DNA of 64,000 nt from Rhynchopus sp. YZ270_cl-10 (lineage: Eukaryota), in the NCBI GenBank assembly GCA_964035575.1, contig OZ037834.1, positions 682,001 through 746,000 on the forward strand, written 5' to 3'. How positions within the stretch are numbered: the stretch's first letter is position 1; each line of letters begins with the position of its first letter. The translations under genes were made by a program, and so were the position numbers. Shown here one piece after another: positions 19,460-30,803 of the stretch. Under the pieces are notes generated by a model that saw only the letters and a program-made list of their open reading frames with translations, did not search any database and was not told the DNA's origin.

Positions 19460-22195
19460 GTGTGTGGGAAGTCGTACCACATGCGGAGCGGGGACTTCAT
19501 CAGCCTGAAGGAGGGGAACGGGGCACCCACTGGGAACGTTGACTTTTCAATTGCTGGCTACGTGAAGCCTGTGACGATGACGAGAAAGGGACGCACGCTG
19601 TTCACACTTGGTGGGACGGACAGGGCTTCGGACAGGTCACGTGACAACTGGGGTGCGTGGGTGATGGTGGACCGTTACGGACGTCTGAGTGTGCGCACGC
19701 CGCTCATTCGGGTGAGGAGCAGTGGAAAGGTTGTGGTGGGTGTGTGGCACCAGGTTGTGTTGACGTACACAGCTGCAGAGACAATGCTGCGGCTGTGGGT
19801 CGACGACAAGCTTGTGCTGTCGAAGCGTGCGACGATGGACCTGCAGCAGAGTTCGAGGTACGGCGGGATGGCGATTGGGGAGTACCACCTGGGGGGCACA
19901 AGGTTGTCGCGTGACGGGGAGTTCTTTGTCGACCAGGTGAGCTTTGCGGACCACGTGATGACGCCACAGGAGGCACGTGCGCCGTGCCTGGGGGTGACGG
20001 TGGCGGAGACGGAGGCTCCTCGCACAGGAGCACCTGCCACTTCTGCGCCTGCCACACGTGCACCACCAAGACCAACACCAAGACCCACACCAAGACCAAC
20101 ACAGCCTCCTGCCACATCTGCACCAGCCACACCAGCACCACGTACAAGCACACCTGCGAGGAGCACGCCACCGTCGTCGTCGTCCTCGGCTGCAGTGTGT
20201 GCGCAACGTGGTGCTGTGTGCGGTGTGGTGCGTGCGCAGGATGGGACAACTGTGCAGTGCGGGAGCTGTGCAGCGGCGGGGATGGTGTGTTCGTTCAACC
20301 GCTGCGAGGCACGCTGTGCGCTGGCAGACATCGGACAGGAGGGGCCCTTTGACGCAAGCCTGTTCGCGTACGTGCCGCTCGAGTTTTCCTACGAAGACCT
20401 GTCTGCACACGCCCACGCAGTGTCGGCGGAGCTGTTCCCGACGGACAGGCGCGAGCAGGAGTTCCCGTACGAAAGTGTGACGGACATGAGGTCGCGCGCA
20501 GTGCGTGTGGACTTTGGTGCGCTGTCTGCTGGGCCGGGCGGTGTGACGCTGTCGCTGAAGGTGCAGCCGCACACAGCGGGGCAGACGGGTGTGCTGCTGC
20601 AGTCTGAGGCGGTGACGGTTGCCGAGGACGCAGGGCGTGTGTCGGTGGCAGTGCGGGCTGCAGGCGGAGGGAGGGGGGCGGAGGTGGCGGTGGTGCACAC
20701 GACAGCGCTCTCGCACCGCCACTGCAACCACGTGGCAGTGGTGGTTGCTACCGACGGTGCTGTGGCTGTGTACGTGAACGGTGTGGCTGCAGGCGGTGCG
20801 CCTGTGTCTGTGTCGGGGAAGACGATGCAGCTGGGGGGCGTGCTCTCTGTGCCGCAGCACCCTGGGAAGGTGTGGGACGTGCGTGTGTACTCGCGTGCCC
20901 TGGGTGCGGCAGAGGTGGAGACGCTGGGGAACAGGTGCGGGGCTGTTGGGACGTCGTCGCTGGTGGTGCCCGACGCAACGCTGCCGAACTTCCTGTGCGG
21001 TGTGTACGAGTGCATCTACTGGCCTGAGGGGGTGACGGACACAACGCAGGACAGCTTCGAGTACCAGCTCTCGGGACACGACATGACCTGGGAGCACAAC
21101 GTGCTGGAGACAGGGATGTACGTGCACGGGGCGCTGTGTGCCGAGTACGCAAAGCCACGCCAGGTGCTGCTGACGGACGGGTACCGCCGGTCGTGGGTGA
21201 GCAAGTTCAACTTTGGGAAGGCGTGGAACCAGTACGTGCTGCACGAGAACTTCCACGCGTACCAGAAGCGTGCACAGGGGTCGACGAAGTTCCTTGCAGA
21301 GTCGACTGCGTCGTGGGGTGCGTTCTCACAGAAGCCGACTGCGTACGACACGATTCTCGGGATGTACACCCTGCAGCCGCAGCTGGCGCTGTGGACGACA
21401 CAGAGCTCGACCTTCGCAGACGGGATTGTGGACATTGGGAAGGGCGGGCACCAGTACGGGGCGGCGATCTGGGACTGGTTCGTGACACACCACGTGCTTG
21501 GGGACGACTTCTGGGTGGGGAAGGTGTACAACCGTGCGCGCCTTGGGCTGGCACCGCTGAGTGGTGCACCTGCGGAGGGGATGTACAACGCCCTTGCGGA
21601 GGCTGGGTACGACATGCGTGAGGTCTTCAGCGACTTTGCGGCACGTGTGACGACGTGGGACGTCGACTACGAAGAGACCTTCCGTGCGTCTGAGGAAGGG
21701 TCGTTCCGCCGTCTGAACGGGAACAACAAGAACAACAAGGAGGACCCTGTGGCCGACGAGGAGGTTGACAACAAGGTGGCTGTCTTCTACGGTGCTGGCG
21801 GCACGGACGGGGCGTGGGTGTCTGTGCCTGGGCGGTACATGATCGGGGACTGGGCCTTCAACGCGTACGAGGTGTCGGGTGTGGCGACAGGGACACAGTA
21901 CACAGTGGGTGTGGTGCCGTCTGCTGCGAACCCTGCCTACTCTGAGTTCCGTGCACAGGCTGTTGTGCACAACACGGCAACTGGGGAGCGGCGCTACGTG
22001 CGGCTCCCTGCAGCGGTGGCAGGGACGGGCGGCAAGGCTGTGACGGCAACGGTGCGTGTGGGTGCCGGGGAGACGCTGTACTTGGTGGTGGCAAACACGC
22101 CTGCAACGCAGTTCAAAGACTTCCTCGCGTACTCGTACCACTACCTCATCCAGGAGGGAGGTGGGCCGCACGTGCCAGTTCCGGACCGTGTGTGA
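19460..22195 (+). CDS. 5'-truncated array copy 2 of the LamG/metallopeptidase (no signal peptide)
   Basis: Identical to the 15002 gene from VCGKSYHM onward; the upstream sequence is replaced by PGM exon 1 and intron. Confidence 0.6.
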   Translation: MCGKSYHMRSGDFISLKEGNGAPTGNVDFSIAGYVKPVTMTRKGRTLFTLGGTDRASDRSRDNWGAWVMVDRYGRLSVRTPLIRVRSSGKVVVGVWHQVVLTYTAAETMLRLWVDDKLVLSKRATMDLQQSSRYGGMAIGEYHLGGTRLSRDGEFFVDQVSFADHVMTPQEARAPCLGVTVAETEAPRTGAPATSAPATRAPPRPTPRPTPRPTQPPATSAPATPAPRTSTPARSTPPSSSSSAAVCAQRGAVCGVVRAQDGTTVQCGSCAAAGMVCSFNRCEARCALADIGQEGPFDASLFAYVPLEFSYEDLSAHAHAVSAELFPTDRREQEFPYESVTDMRSRAVRVDFGALSAGPGGVTLSLKVQPHTAGQTGVLLQSEAVTVAEDAGRVSVAVRAAGGGRGAEVAVVHTTALSHRHCNHVAVVVATDGAVAVYVNGVAAGGAPVSVSGKTMQLGGVLSVPQHPGKVWDVRVYSRALGAAEVETLGNRCGAVGTSSLVVPDATLPNFLCGVYECIYWPEGVTDTTQDSFEYQLSGHDMTWEHNVLETGMYVHGALCAEYAKPRQVLLTDGYRRSWVSKFNFGKAWNQYVLHENFHAYQKRAQGSTKFLAESTASWGAFSQKPTAYDTILGMYTLQPQLALWTTQSSTFADGIVDIGKGGHQYGAAIWDWFVTHHVLGDDFWVGKVYNRARLGLAPLSGAPAEGMYNALAEAGYDMREVFSDFAARVTTWDVDYEETFRASEEGSFRRLNGNNKNNKEDPVADEEVDNKVAVFYGAGGTDGAWVSVPGRYMIGDWAFNAYEVSGVATGTQYTVGVVPSAANPAYSEFRAQAVVHNTATGERRYVRLPAAVAGTGGKAVTATVRVGAGETLYLVVANTPATQFKDFLAYSYHYLIQEGGGPHVPVPDRV

Positions 22196-23763
22196 GAGAC
22201 AAATGGAGGAATCTTCCGGCAAGGTAAAGACAAAGAGAGGCACAGAGAATCACCCATTTTACTGATAGCAACAAAAACCCCCACCGCCAATCGAATGTCT
22301 TTACCTTTGCCCTTTGCCCTTTCTTATTAATCATTTCAAAAAAAAAAAGAATATTGAGGAAACTGACACCTTTTTAATTTTACGGACACTCTTTTTGTCT
22401 TCATCGCATTTTCTATTGCAAAGCGTTCGGGACACACACACATACACATACATACAATGTAGTGTGTCTTCTTTTTTGTTATATTTTGTTCAACACACCA
22501 TTGTTTCGATTTTAATACGTTAGCAACCAGTCATGAAACACATGGCACATCCACGACGCATACAATACATGCAACCCTGTTGTGTTGCTGCAGTGTGGCA
22601 AGGTGTGTCGCTGCCCTGTCTGCGTTTCGTGTTTGTGTGTTTTTCTGCACGTGTTGCCCACACAGGTCCGCCGGTTGTTTGCTTCAATAGGTTGGTCTGT
22701 ATCATTATTTTTGTTTATTATCCCCGTTGAGACTTTGTTCTTCACATAGATCCATGTGTCTCGTGAAGTGCATTCGTCTTGACAAGTTTCGATTTTTTTC
22801 TGTTTTTTCTGTTCCACTAATATTCCCTTTTCAAGCGAAATAAGCCTTTCATTTTTGTTTTAAATTTCATGCTTGTTTCGGGACGTTCTTGTGCACTGCT
22901 CATGCACTATCCATGTGATGTACAGGTAGTCCAATTTTTGCCCCTTATTTTCTTAGCTTTTTTTGTTCACCCCACACTACAGTTTTCATGTTTGCTCGAT
23001 CCCTTCAATGGGAACACAACAGCTTTTGCTGTTTTTCTTTTGTTTTTTGTTCTTTTGCCCCAAAATCTATTTTGTGAAGGCGGAACAAAAAATATACCAC
23101 AGCAGACGCAGCATACTTGTCTTTTGTACGTGGCAGGCACCTTGTGCACCTTTTGGCACAGTGTGGTTATATTATTATAGAAAACAGAATCTTCTTTGTG
23201 GACAGCACAACAACTTTTGCTCAGTTCTGACCTTCTCCTCTTCCGTTGAAGAGGAAAGTGTCCGGACCACGTTGTGCCACAGAAGGTTGCAGGACACGTC
23301 GGTTGCCACCTGGCACACATGGCGCTTTCTTGACTGTTTATATCACCACTTTCCCTCCTCCCTCATCCGTTCATCGCATTTTCCAAAAGAAATGTAAAAT
23401 AAAAGAATACGCTCTGTCGGGCTGATCAAATATTTTGCCCGCCTTTCTTGCACCACACCACAAATAGTATCCGCTCGGAAAGTACCCACACTTACTTTCA
23501 AACCACACACCAACAGGCCCCCCCCCCACCACACGAGCACACACCTATATGGGACAGTGCGGAACACCTGCCGCTAAATCCCCCCCGCCGCCAGTTAAGG
23601 TATATTCCCCACACATTTTACCACACGATTGTAACACTACAGTTCTCTCATTCAAACAAAAAAAATTTATTTTTTTCCCGGCAATAAAAACACACCGAAT
23701 ACAGAGAAGCAACCATACTTTACCCAAAAACCTTCATCAACCCTCCCCTCCCTCCTCCCCGCA

Positions 23764-26499
23764 GTGTGTGGGAAGTCGTACCACATGCGGAGCGGGGACT
23801 TCATCAGCCTGAAGGAGGGGAACGGGGCACCCACTGGGAACGTTGACTTTTCAATTGCTGGCTACGTGAAGCCTGTGACGATGACGAGAAAGGGACGCAC
23901 GCTGTTCACACTTGGTGGGACGGACAGGGCTTCGGACAGGTCACGTGACAACTGGGGTGCGTGGGTGATGGTGGACCGTTACGGACGTCTGAGTGTGCGC
24001 ACGCCGCTCATTCGGGTGAGGAGCAGTGGAAAGGTTGTGGTGGGTGTGTGGCACCAGGTTGTGTTGACGTACACAGCTGCAGAGACAATGCTGCGGCTGT
24101 GGGTCGACGACAAGCTTGTGCTGTCGAAGCGTGCGACGATGGACCTGCAGCAGAGTTCGAGGTACGGCGGGATGGCGATTGGGGAGTACCACCTGGGGGG
24201 CACAAGGTTGTCGCGTGACGGGGAGTTCTTTGTCGACCAGGTGAGCTTTGCGGACCACGTGATGACGCCACAGGAGGCACGTGCGCCGTGCCTGGGGGTG
24301 ACGGTGGCGGAGACGGAGGCTCCTCGCACAGGAGCACCTGCCACTTCTGCGCCTGCCACACGTGCACCACCAAGACCAACACCAAGACCCACACCAAGAC
24401 CAACACAGCCTCCTGCCACATCTGCACCAGCCACACCAGCACCACGTACAAGCACACCTGCGAGGAGCACGCCACCGTCGTCGTCGTCCTCGGCTGCAGT
24501 GTGTGCGCAACGTGGTGCTGTGTGCGGTGTGGTGCGTGCGCAGGATGGGACAACTGTGCAGTGCGGGAGCTGTGCAGCGGCGGGGATGGTGTGTTCGTTC
24601 AACCGCTGCGAGGCACGCTGTGCGCTGGCAGACATCGGACAGGAGGGGCCCTTTGACGCAAGCCTGTTCGCGTACGTGCCGCTCGAGTTTTCCTACGAAG
24701 ACCTGTCTGCACACGCCCACGCAGTGTCGGCGGAGCTGTTCCCGACGGACAGGCGCGAGCAGGAGTTCCCGTACGAAAGTGTGACGGACATGAGGTCGCG
24801 CGCAGTGCGTGTGGACTTTGGTGCGCTGTCTGCTGGGCCGGGCGGTGTGACGCTGTCGCTGAAGGTGCAGCCGCACACAGCGGGGCAGACGGGTGTGCTG
24901 CTGCAGTCTGAGGCGGTGACGGTTGCCGAGGACGCAGGGCGTGTGTCGGTGGCAGTGCGGGCTGCAGGCGGAGGGAGGGGGGCGGAGGTGGCGGTGGTGC
25001 ACACGACAGCGCTCTCGCACCGCCACTGCAACCACGTGGCAGTGGTGGTTGCTACCGACGGTGCTGTGGCTGTGTACGTGAACGGTGTGGCTGCAGGCGG
25101 TGCGCCTGTGTCTGTGTCGGGGAAGACGATGCAGCTGGGGGGCGTGCTCTCTGTGCCGCAGCACCCTGGGAAGGTGTGGGACGTGCGTGTGTACTCGCGT
25201 GCCCTGGGTGCGGCAGAGGTGGAGACGCTGGGGAACAGGTGCGGGGCTGTTGGGACGTCGTCGCTGGTGGTGCCCGACGCAACGCTGCCGAACTTCCTGT
25301 GCGGTGTGTACGAGTGCATCTACTGGCCTGAGGGGGTGACGGACACAACGCAGGACAGCTTCGAGTACCAGCTCTCGGGACACGACATGACCTGGGAGCA
25401 CAACGTGCTGGAGACAGGGATGTACGTGCACGGGGCGCTGTGTGCCGAGTACGCAAAGCCACGCCAGGTGCTGCTGACGGACGGGTACCGCCGGTCGTGG
25501 GTGAGCAAGTTCAACTTTGGGAAGGCGTGGAACCAGTACGTGCTGCACGAGAACTTCCACGCGTACCAGAAGCGTGCACAGGGGTCGACGAAGTTCCTTG
25601 CAGAGTCGACTGCGTCGTGGGGTGCGTTCTCACAGAAGCCGACTGCGTACGACACGATTCTCGGGATGTACACCCTGCAGCCGCAGCTGGCGCTGTGGAC
25701 GACACAGAGCTCGACCTTCGCAGACGGGATTGTGGACATTGGGAAGGGCGGGCACCAGTACGGGGCGGCGATCTGGGACTGGTTCGTGACACACCACGTG
25801 CTTGGGGACGACTTCTGGGTGGGGAAGGTGTACAACCGTGCGCGCCTTGGGCTGGCACCGCTGAGTGGTGCACCTGCGGAGGGGATGTACAACGCCCTTG
25901 CGGAGGCTGGGTACGACATGCGTGAGGTCTTCAGCGACTTTGCGGCACGTGTGACGACGTGGGACGTCGACTACGAAGAGACCTTCCGTGCGTCTGAGGA
26001 AGGGTCGTTCCGCCGTCTGAACGGGAACAACAAGAACAACAAGGAGGACCCTGTGGCCGACGAGGAGGTTGACAACAAGGTGGCTGTCTTCTACGGTGCT
26101 GGCGGCACGGACGGGGCGTGGGTGTCTGTGCCTGGGCGGTACATGATCGGGGACTGGGCCTTCAACGCGTACGAGGTGTCGGGTGTGGCGACAGGGACAC
26201 AGTACACAGTGGGTGTGGTGCCGTCTGCTGCGAACCCTGCCTACTCTGAGTTCCGTGCACAGGCTGTTGTGCACAACACGGCAACTGGGGAGCGGCGCTA
26301 CGTGCGGCTCCCTGCAGCGGTGGCAGGGACGGGCGGCAAGGCTGTGACGGCAACGGTGCGTGTGGGTGCCGGGGAGACGCTGTACTTGGTGGTGGCAAAC
26401 ACGCCTGCAACGCAGTTCAAAGACTTCCTCGCGTACTCGTACCACTACCTCATCCAGGAGGGAGGTGGGCCGCACGTGCCAGTTCCGGACCGTGTGTGA
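23764..26499 (+). CDS. 5'-truncated array copy 3
   Basis: As copy 2. Confidence 0.6.
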   Translation: MCGKSYHMRSGDFISLKEGNGAPTGNVDFSIAGYVKPVTMTRKGRTLFTLGGTDRASDRSRDNWGAWVMVDRYGRLSVRTPLIRVRSSGKVVVGVWHQVVLTYTAAETMLRLWVDDKLVLSKRATMDLQQSSRYGGMAIGEYHLGGTRLSRDGEFFVDQVSFADHVMTPQEARAPCLGVTVAETEAPRTGAPATSAPATRAPPRPTPRPTPRPTQPPATSAPATPAPRTSTPARSTPPSSSSSAAVCAQRGAVCGVVRAQDGTTVQCGSCAAAGMVCSFNRCEARCALADIGQEGPFDASLFAYVPLEFSYEDLSAHAHAVSAELFPTDRREQEFPYESVTDMRSRAVRVDFGALSAGPGGVTLSLKVQPHTAGQTGVLLQSEAVTVAEDAGRVSVAVRAAGGGRGAEVAVVHTTALSHRHCNHVAVVVATDGAVAVYVNGVAAGGAPVSVSGKTMQLGGVLSVPQHPGKVWDVRVYSRALGAAEVETLGNRCGAVGTSSLVVPDATLPNFLCGVYECIYWPEGVTDTTQDSFEYQLSGHDMTWEHNVLETGMYVHGALCAEYAKPRQVLLTDGYRRSWVSKFNFGKAWNQYVLHENFHAYQKRAQGSTKFLAESTASWGAFSQKPTAYDTILGMYTLQPQLALWTTQSSTFADGIVDIGKGGHQYGAAIWDWFVTHHVLGDDFWVGKVYNRARLGLAPLSGAPAEGMYNALAEAGYDMREVFSDFAARVTTWDVDYEETFRASEEGSFRRLNGNNKNNKEDPVADEEVDNKVAVFYGAGGTDGAWVSVPGRYMIGDWAFNAYEVSGVATGTQYTVGVVPSAANPAYSEFRAQAVVHNTATGERRYVRLPAAVAGTGGKAVTATVRVGAGETLYLVVANTPATQFKDFLAYSYHYLIQEGGGPHVPVPDRV

Positions 26500-28067
26500 G
26501 AGACAAATGGAGGAATCTTCCGGCAAGGTAAAGACAAAGAGAGGCACAGAGAATCACCCATTTTACTGATAGCAACAAAAACCCCCACCGCCAATCGAAT
26601 GTCTTTACCTTTGCCCTTTGCCCTTTCTTATTAATCATTTCAAAAAAAAAAAGAATATTGAGGAAACTGACACCTTTTTAATTTTACGGACACTCTTTTT
26701 GTCTTCATCGCATTTTCTATTGCAAAGCGTTCGGGACACACACACATACACATACATACAATGTAGTGTGTCTTCTTTTTTGTTATATTTTGTTCAACAC
26801 ACCATTGTTTCGATTTTAATACGTTAGCAACCAGTCATGAAACACATGGCACATCCACGACGCATACAATACATGCAACCCTGTTGTGTTGCTGCAGTGT
26901 GGCAAGGTGTGTCGCTGCCCTGTCTGCGTTTCGTGTTTGTGTGTTTTTCTGCACGTGTTGCCCACACAGGTCCGCCGGTTGTTTGCTTCAATAGGTTGGT
27001 CTGTATCATTATTTTTGTTTATTATCCCCGTTGAGACTTTGTTCTTCACATAGATCCATGTGTCTCGTGAAGTGCATTCGTCTTGACAAGTTTCGATTTT
27101 TTTCTGTTTTTTCTGTTCCACTAATATTCCCTTTTCAAGCGAAATAAGCCTTTCATTTTTGTTTTAAATTTCATGCTTGTTTCGGGACGTTCTTGTGCAC
27201 TGCTCATGCACTATCCATGTGATGTACAGGTAGTCCAATTTTTGCCCCTTATTTTCTTAGCTTTTTTTGTTCACCCCACACTACAGTTTTCATGTTTGCT
27301 CGATCCCTTCAATGGGAACACAACAGCTTTTGCTGTTTTTCTTTTGTTTTTTGTTCTTTTGCCCCAAAATCTATTTTGTGAAGGCGGAACAAAAAATATA
27401 CCACAGCAGACGCAGCATACTTGTCTTTTGTACGTGGCAGGCACCTTGTGCACCTTTTGGCACAGTGTGGTTATATTATTATAGAAAACAGAATCTTCTT
27501 TGTGGACAGCACAACAACTTTTGCTCAGTTCTGACCTTCTCCTCTTCCGTTGAAGAGGAAAGTGTCCGGACCACGTTGTGCCACAGAAGGTTGCAGGACA
27601 CGTCGGTTGCCACCTGGCACACATGGCGCTTTCTTGACTGTTTATATCACCACTTTCCCTCCTCCCTCATCCGTTCATCGCATTTTCCAAAAGAAATGTA
27701 AAATAAAAGAATACGCTCTGTCGGGCTGATCAAATATTTTGCCCGCCTTTCTTGCACCACACCACAAATAGTATCCGCTCGGAAAGTACCCACACTTACT
27801 TTCAAACCACACACCAACAGGCCCCCCCCCCACCACACGAGCACACACCTATATGGGACAGTGCGGAACACCTGCCGCTAAATCCCCCCCGCCGCCAGTT
27901 AAGGTATATTCCCCACACATTTTACCACACGATTGTAACACTACAGTTCTCTCATTCAAACAAAAAAAATTTATTTTTTTCCCGGCAATAAAAACACACC
28001 GAATACAGAGAAGCAACCATACTTTACCCAAAAACCTTCATCAACCCTCCCCTCCCTCCTCCCCGCA

Positions 28068-30803
28068 GTGTGTGGGAAGTCGTACCACATGCGGAGCGGG
28101 GACTTCATCAGCCTGAAGGAGGGGAACGGGGCACCCACTGGGAACGTTGACTTTTCAATTGCTGGCTACGTGAAGCCTGTGACGATGACGAGAAAGGGAC
28201 GCACGCTGTTCACACTTGGTGGGACGGACAGGGCTTCGGACAGGTCACGTGACAACTGGGGTGCGTGGGTGATGGTGGACCGTTACGGACGTCTGAGTGT
28301 GCGCACGCCGCTCATTCGGGTGAGGAGCAGTGGAAAGGTTGTGGTGGGTGTGTGGCACCAGGTTGTGTTGACGTACACAGCTGCAGAGACAATGCTGCGG
28401 CTGTGGGTCGACGACAAGCTTGTGCTGTCGAAGCGTGCGACGATGGACCTGCAGCAGAGTTCGAGGTACGGCGGGATGGCGATTGGGGAGTACCACCTGG
28501 GGGGCACAAGGTTGTCGCGTGACGGGGAGTTCTTTGTCGACCAGGTGAGCTTTGCGGACCACGTGATGACGCCACAGGAGGCACGTGCGCCGTGCCTGGG
28601 GGTGACGGTGGCGGAGACGGAGGCTCCTCGCACAGGAGCACCTGCCACTTCTGCGCCTGCCACACGTGCACCACCAAGACCAACACCAAGACCCACACCA
28701 AGACCAACACAGCCTCCTGCCACATCTGCACCAGCCACACCAGCACCACGTACAAGCACACCTGCGAGGAGCACGCCACCGTCGTCGTCGTCCTCGGCTG
28801 CAGTGTGTGCGCAACGTGGTGCTGTGTGCGGTGTGGTGCGTGCGCAGGATGGGACAACTGTGCAGTGCGGGAGCTGTGCAGCGGCGGGGATGGTGTGTTC
28901 GTTCAACCGCTGCGAGGCACGCTGTGCGCTGGCAGACATCGGACAGGAGGGGCCCTTTGACGCAAGCCTGTTCGCGTACGTGCCGCTCGAGTTTTCCTAC
29001 GAAGACCTGTCTGCACACGCCCACGCAGTGTCGGCGGAGCTGTTCCCGACGGACAGGCGCGAGCAGGAGTTCCCGTACGAAAGTGTGACGGACATGAGGT
29101 CGCGCGCAGTGCGTGTGGACTTTGGTGCGCTGTCTGCTGGGCCGGGCGGTGTGACGCTGTCGCTGAAGGTGCAGCCGCACACAGCGGGGCAGACGGGTGT
29201 GCTGCTGCAGTCTGAGGCGGTGACGGTTGCCGAGGACGCAGGGCGTGTGTCGGTGGCAGTGCGGGCTGCAGGCGGAGGGAGGGGGGCGGAGGTGGCGGTG
29301 GTGCACACGACAGCGCTCTCGCACCGCCACTGCAACCACGTGGCAGTGGTGGTTGCTACCGACGGTGCTGTGGCTGTGTACGTGAACGGTGTGGCTGCAG
29401 GCGGTGCGCCTGTGTCTGTGTCGGGGAAGACGATGCAGCTGGGGGGCGTGCTCTCTGTGCCGCAGCACCCTGGGAAGGTGTGGGACGTGCGTGTGTACTC
29501 GCGTGCCCTGGGTGCGGCAGAGGTGGAGACGCTGGGGAACAGGTGCGGGGCTGTTGGGACGTCGTCGCTGGTGGTGCCCGACGCAACGCTGCCGAACTTC
29601 CTGTGCGGTGTGTACGAGTGCATCTACTGGCCTGAGGGGGTGACGGACACAACGCAGGACAGCTTCGAGTACCAGCTCTCGGGACACGACATGACCTGGG
29701 AGCACAACGTGCTGGAGACAGGGATGTACGTGCACGGGGCGCTGTGTGCCGAGTACGCAAAGCCACGCCAGGTGCTGCTGACGGACGGGTACCGCCGGTC
29801 GTGGGTGAGCAAGTTCAACTTTGGGAAGGCGTGGAACCAGTACGTGCTGCACGAGAACTTCCACGCGTACCAGAAGCGTGCACAGGGGTCGACGAAGTTC
29901 CTTGCAGAGTCGACTGCGTCGTGGGGTGCGTTCTCACAGAAGCCGACTGCGTACGACACGATTCTCGGGATGTACACCCTGCAGCCGCAGCTGGCGCTGT
30001 GGACGACACAGAGCTCGACCTTCGCAGACGGGATTGTGGACATTGGGAAGGGCGGGCACCAGTACGGGGCGGCGATCTGGGACTGGTTCGTGACACACCA
30101 CGTGCTTGGGGACGACTTCTGGGTGGGGAAGGTGTACAACCGTGCGCGCCTTGGGCTGGCACCGCTGAGTGGTGCACCTGCGGAGGGGATGTACAACGCC
30201 CTTGCGGAGGCTGGGTACGACATGCGTGAGGTCTTCAGCGACTTTGCGGCACGTGTGACGACGTGGGACGTCGACTACGAAGAGACCTTCCGTGCGTCTG
30301 AGGAAGGGTCGTTCCGCCGTCTGAACGGGAACAACAAGAACAACAAGGAGGACCCTGTGGCCGACGAGGAGGTTGACAACAAGGTGGCTGTCTTCTACGG
30401 TGCTGGCGGCACGGACGGGGCGTGGGTGTCTGTGCCTGGGCGGTACATGATCGGGGACTGGGCCTTCAACGCGTACGAGGTGTCGGGTGTGGCGACAGGG
30501 ACACAGTACACAGTGGGTGTGGTGCCGTCTGCTGCGAACCCTGCCTACTCTGAGTTCCGTGCACAGGCTGTTGTGCACAACACGGCAACTGGGGAGCGGC
30601 GCTACGTGCGGCTCCCTGCAGCGGTGGCAGGGACGGGCGGCAAGGCTGTGACGGCAACGGTGCGTGTGGGTGCCGGGGAGACGCTGTACTTGGTGGTGGC
30701 AAACACGCCTGCAACGCAGTTCAGAGACTTCCTCGCGTACTCGTACCACTACCTCATCCAGGAGGGAGGTGGGCCACACGTGCCAGTTCCGGACCGTGTG
30801 TGA
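28068..30803 (+). CDS. 5'-truncated array copy 4 (QFRD variant)
   Basis: As copy 2, plus AAA>AGA at 30724 and silent CCG>CCA at 30776. Confidence 0.6.
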   Translation: MCGKSYHMRSGDFISLKEGNGAPTGNVDFSIAGYVKPVTMTRKGRTLFTLGGTDRASDRSRDNWGAWVMVDRYGRLSVRTPLIRVRSSGKVVVGVWHQVVLTYTAAETMLRLWVDDKLVLSKRATMDLQQSSRYGGMAIGEYHLGGTRLSRDGEFFVDQVSFADHVMTPQEARAPCLGVTVAETEAPRTGAPATSAPATRAPPRPTPRPTPRPTQPPATSAPATPAPRTSTPARSTPPSSSSSAAVCAQRGAVCGVVRAQDGTTVQCGSCAAAGMVCSFNRCEARCALADIGQEGPFDASLFAYVPLEFSYEDLSAHAHAVSAELFPTDRREQEFPYESVTDMRSRAVRVDFGALSAGPGGVTLSLKVQPHTAGQTGVLLQSEAVTVAEDAGRVSVAVRAAGGGRGAEVAVVHTTALSHRHCNHVAVVVATDGAVAVYVNGVAAGGAPVSVSGKTMQLGGVLSVPQHPGKVWDVRVYSRALGAAEVETLGNRCGAVGTSSLVVPDATLPNFLCGVYECIYWPEGVTDTTQDSFEYQLSGHDMTWEHNVLETGMYVHGALCAEYAKPRQVLLTDGYRRSWVSKFNFGKAWNQYVLHENFHAYQKRAQGSTKFLAESTASWGAFSQKPTAYDTILGMYTLQPQLALWTTQSSTFADGIVDIGKGGHQYGAAIWDWFVTHHVLGDDFWVGKVYNRARLGLAPLSGAPAEGMYNALAEAGYDMREVFSDFAARVTTWDVDYEETFRASEEGSFRRLNGNNKNNKEDPVADEEVDNKVAVFYGAGGTDGAWVSVPGRYMIGDWAFNAYEVSGVATGTQYTVGVVPSAANPAYSEFRAQAVVHNTATGERRYVRLPAAVAGTGGKAVTATVRVGAGETLYLVVANTPATQFRDFLAYSYHYLIQEGGGPHVPVPDRV

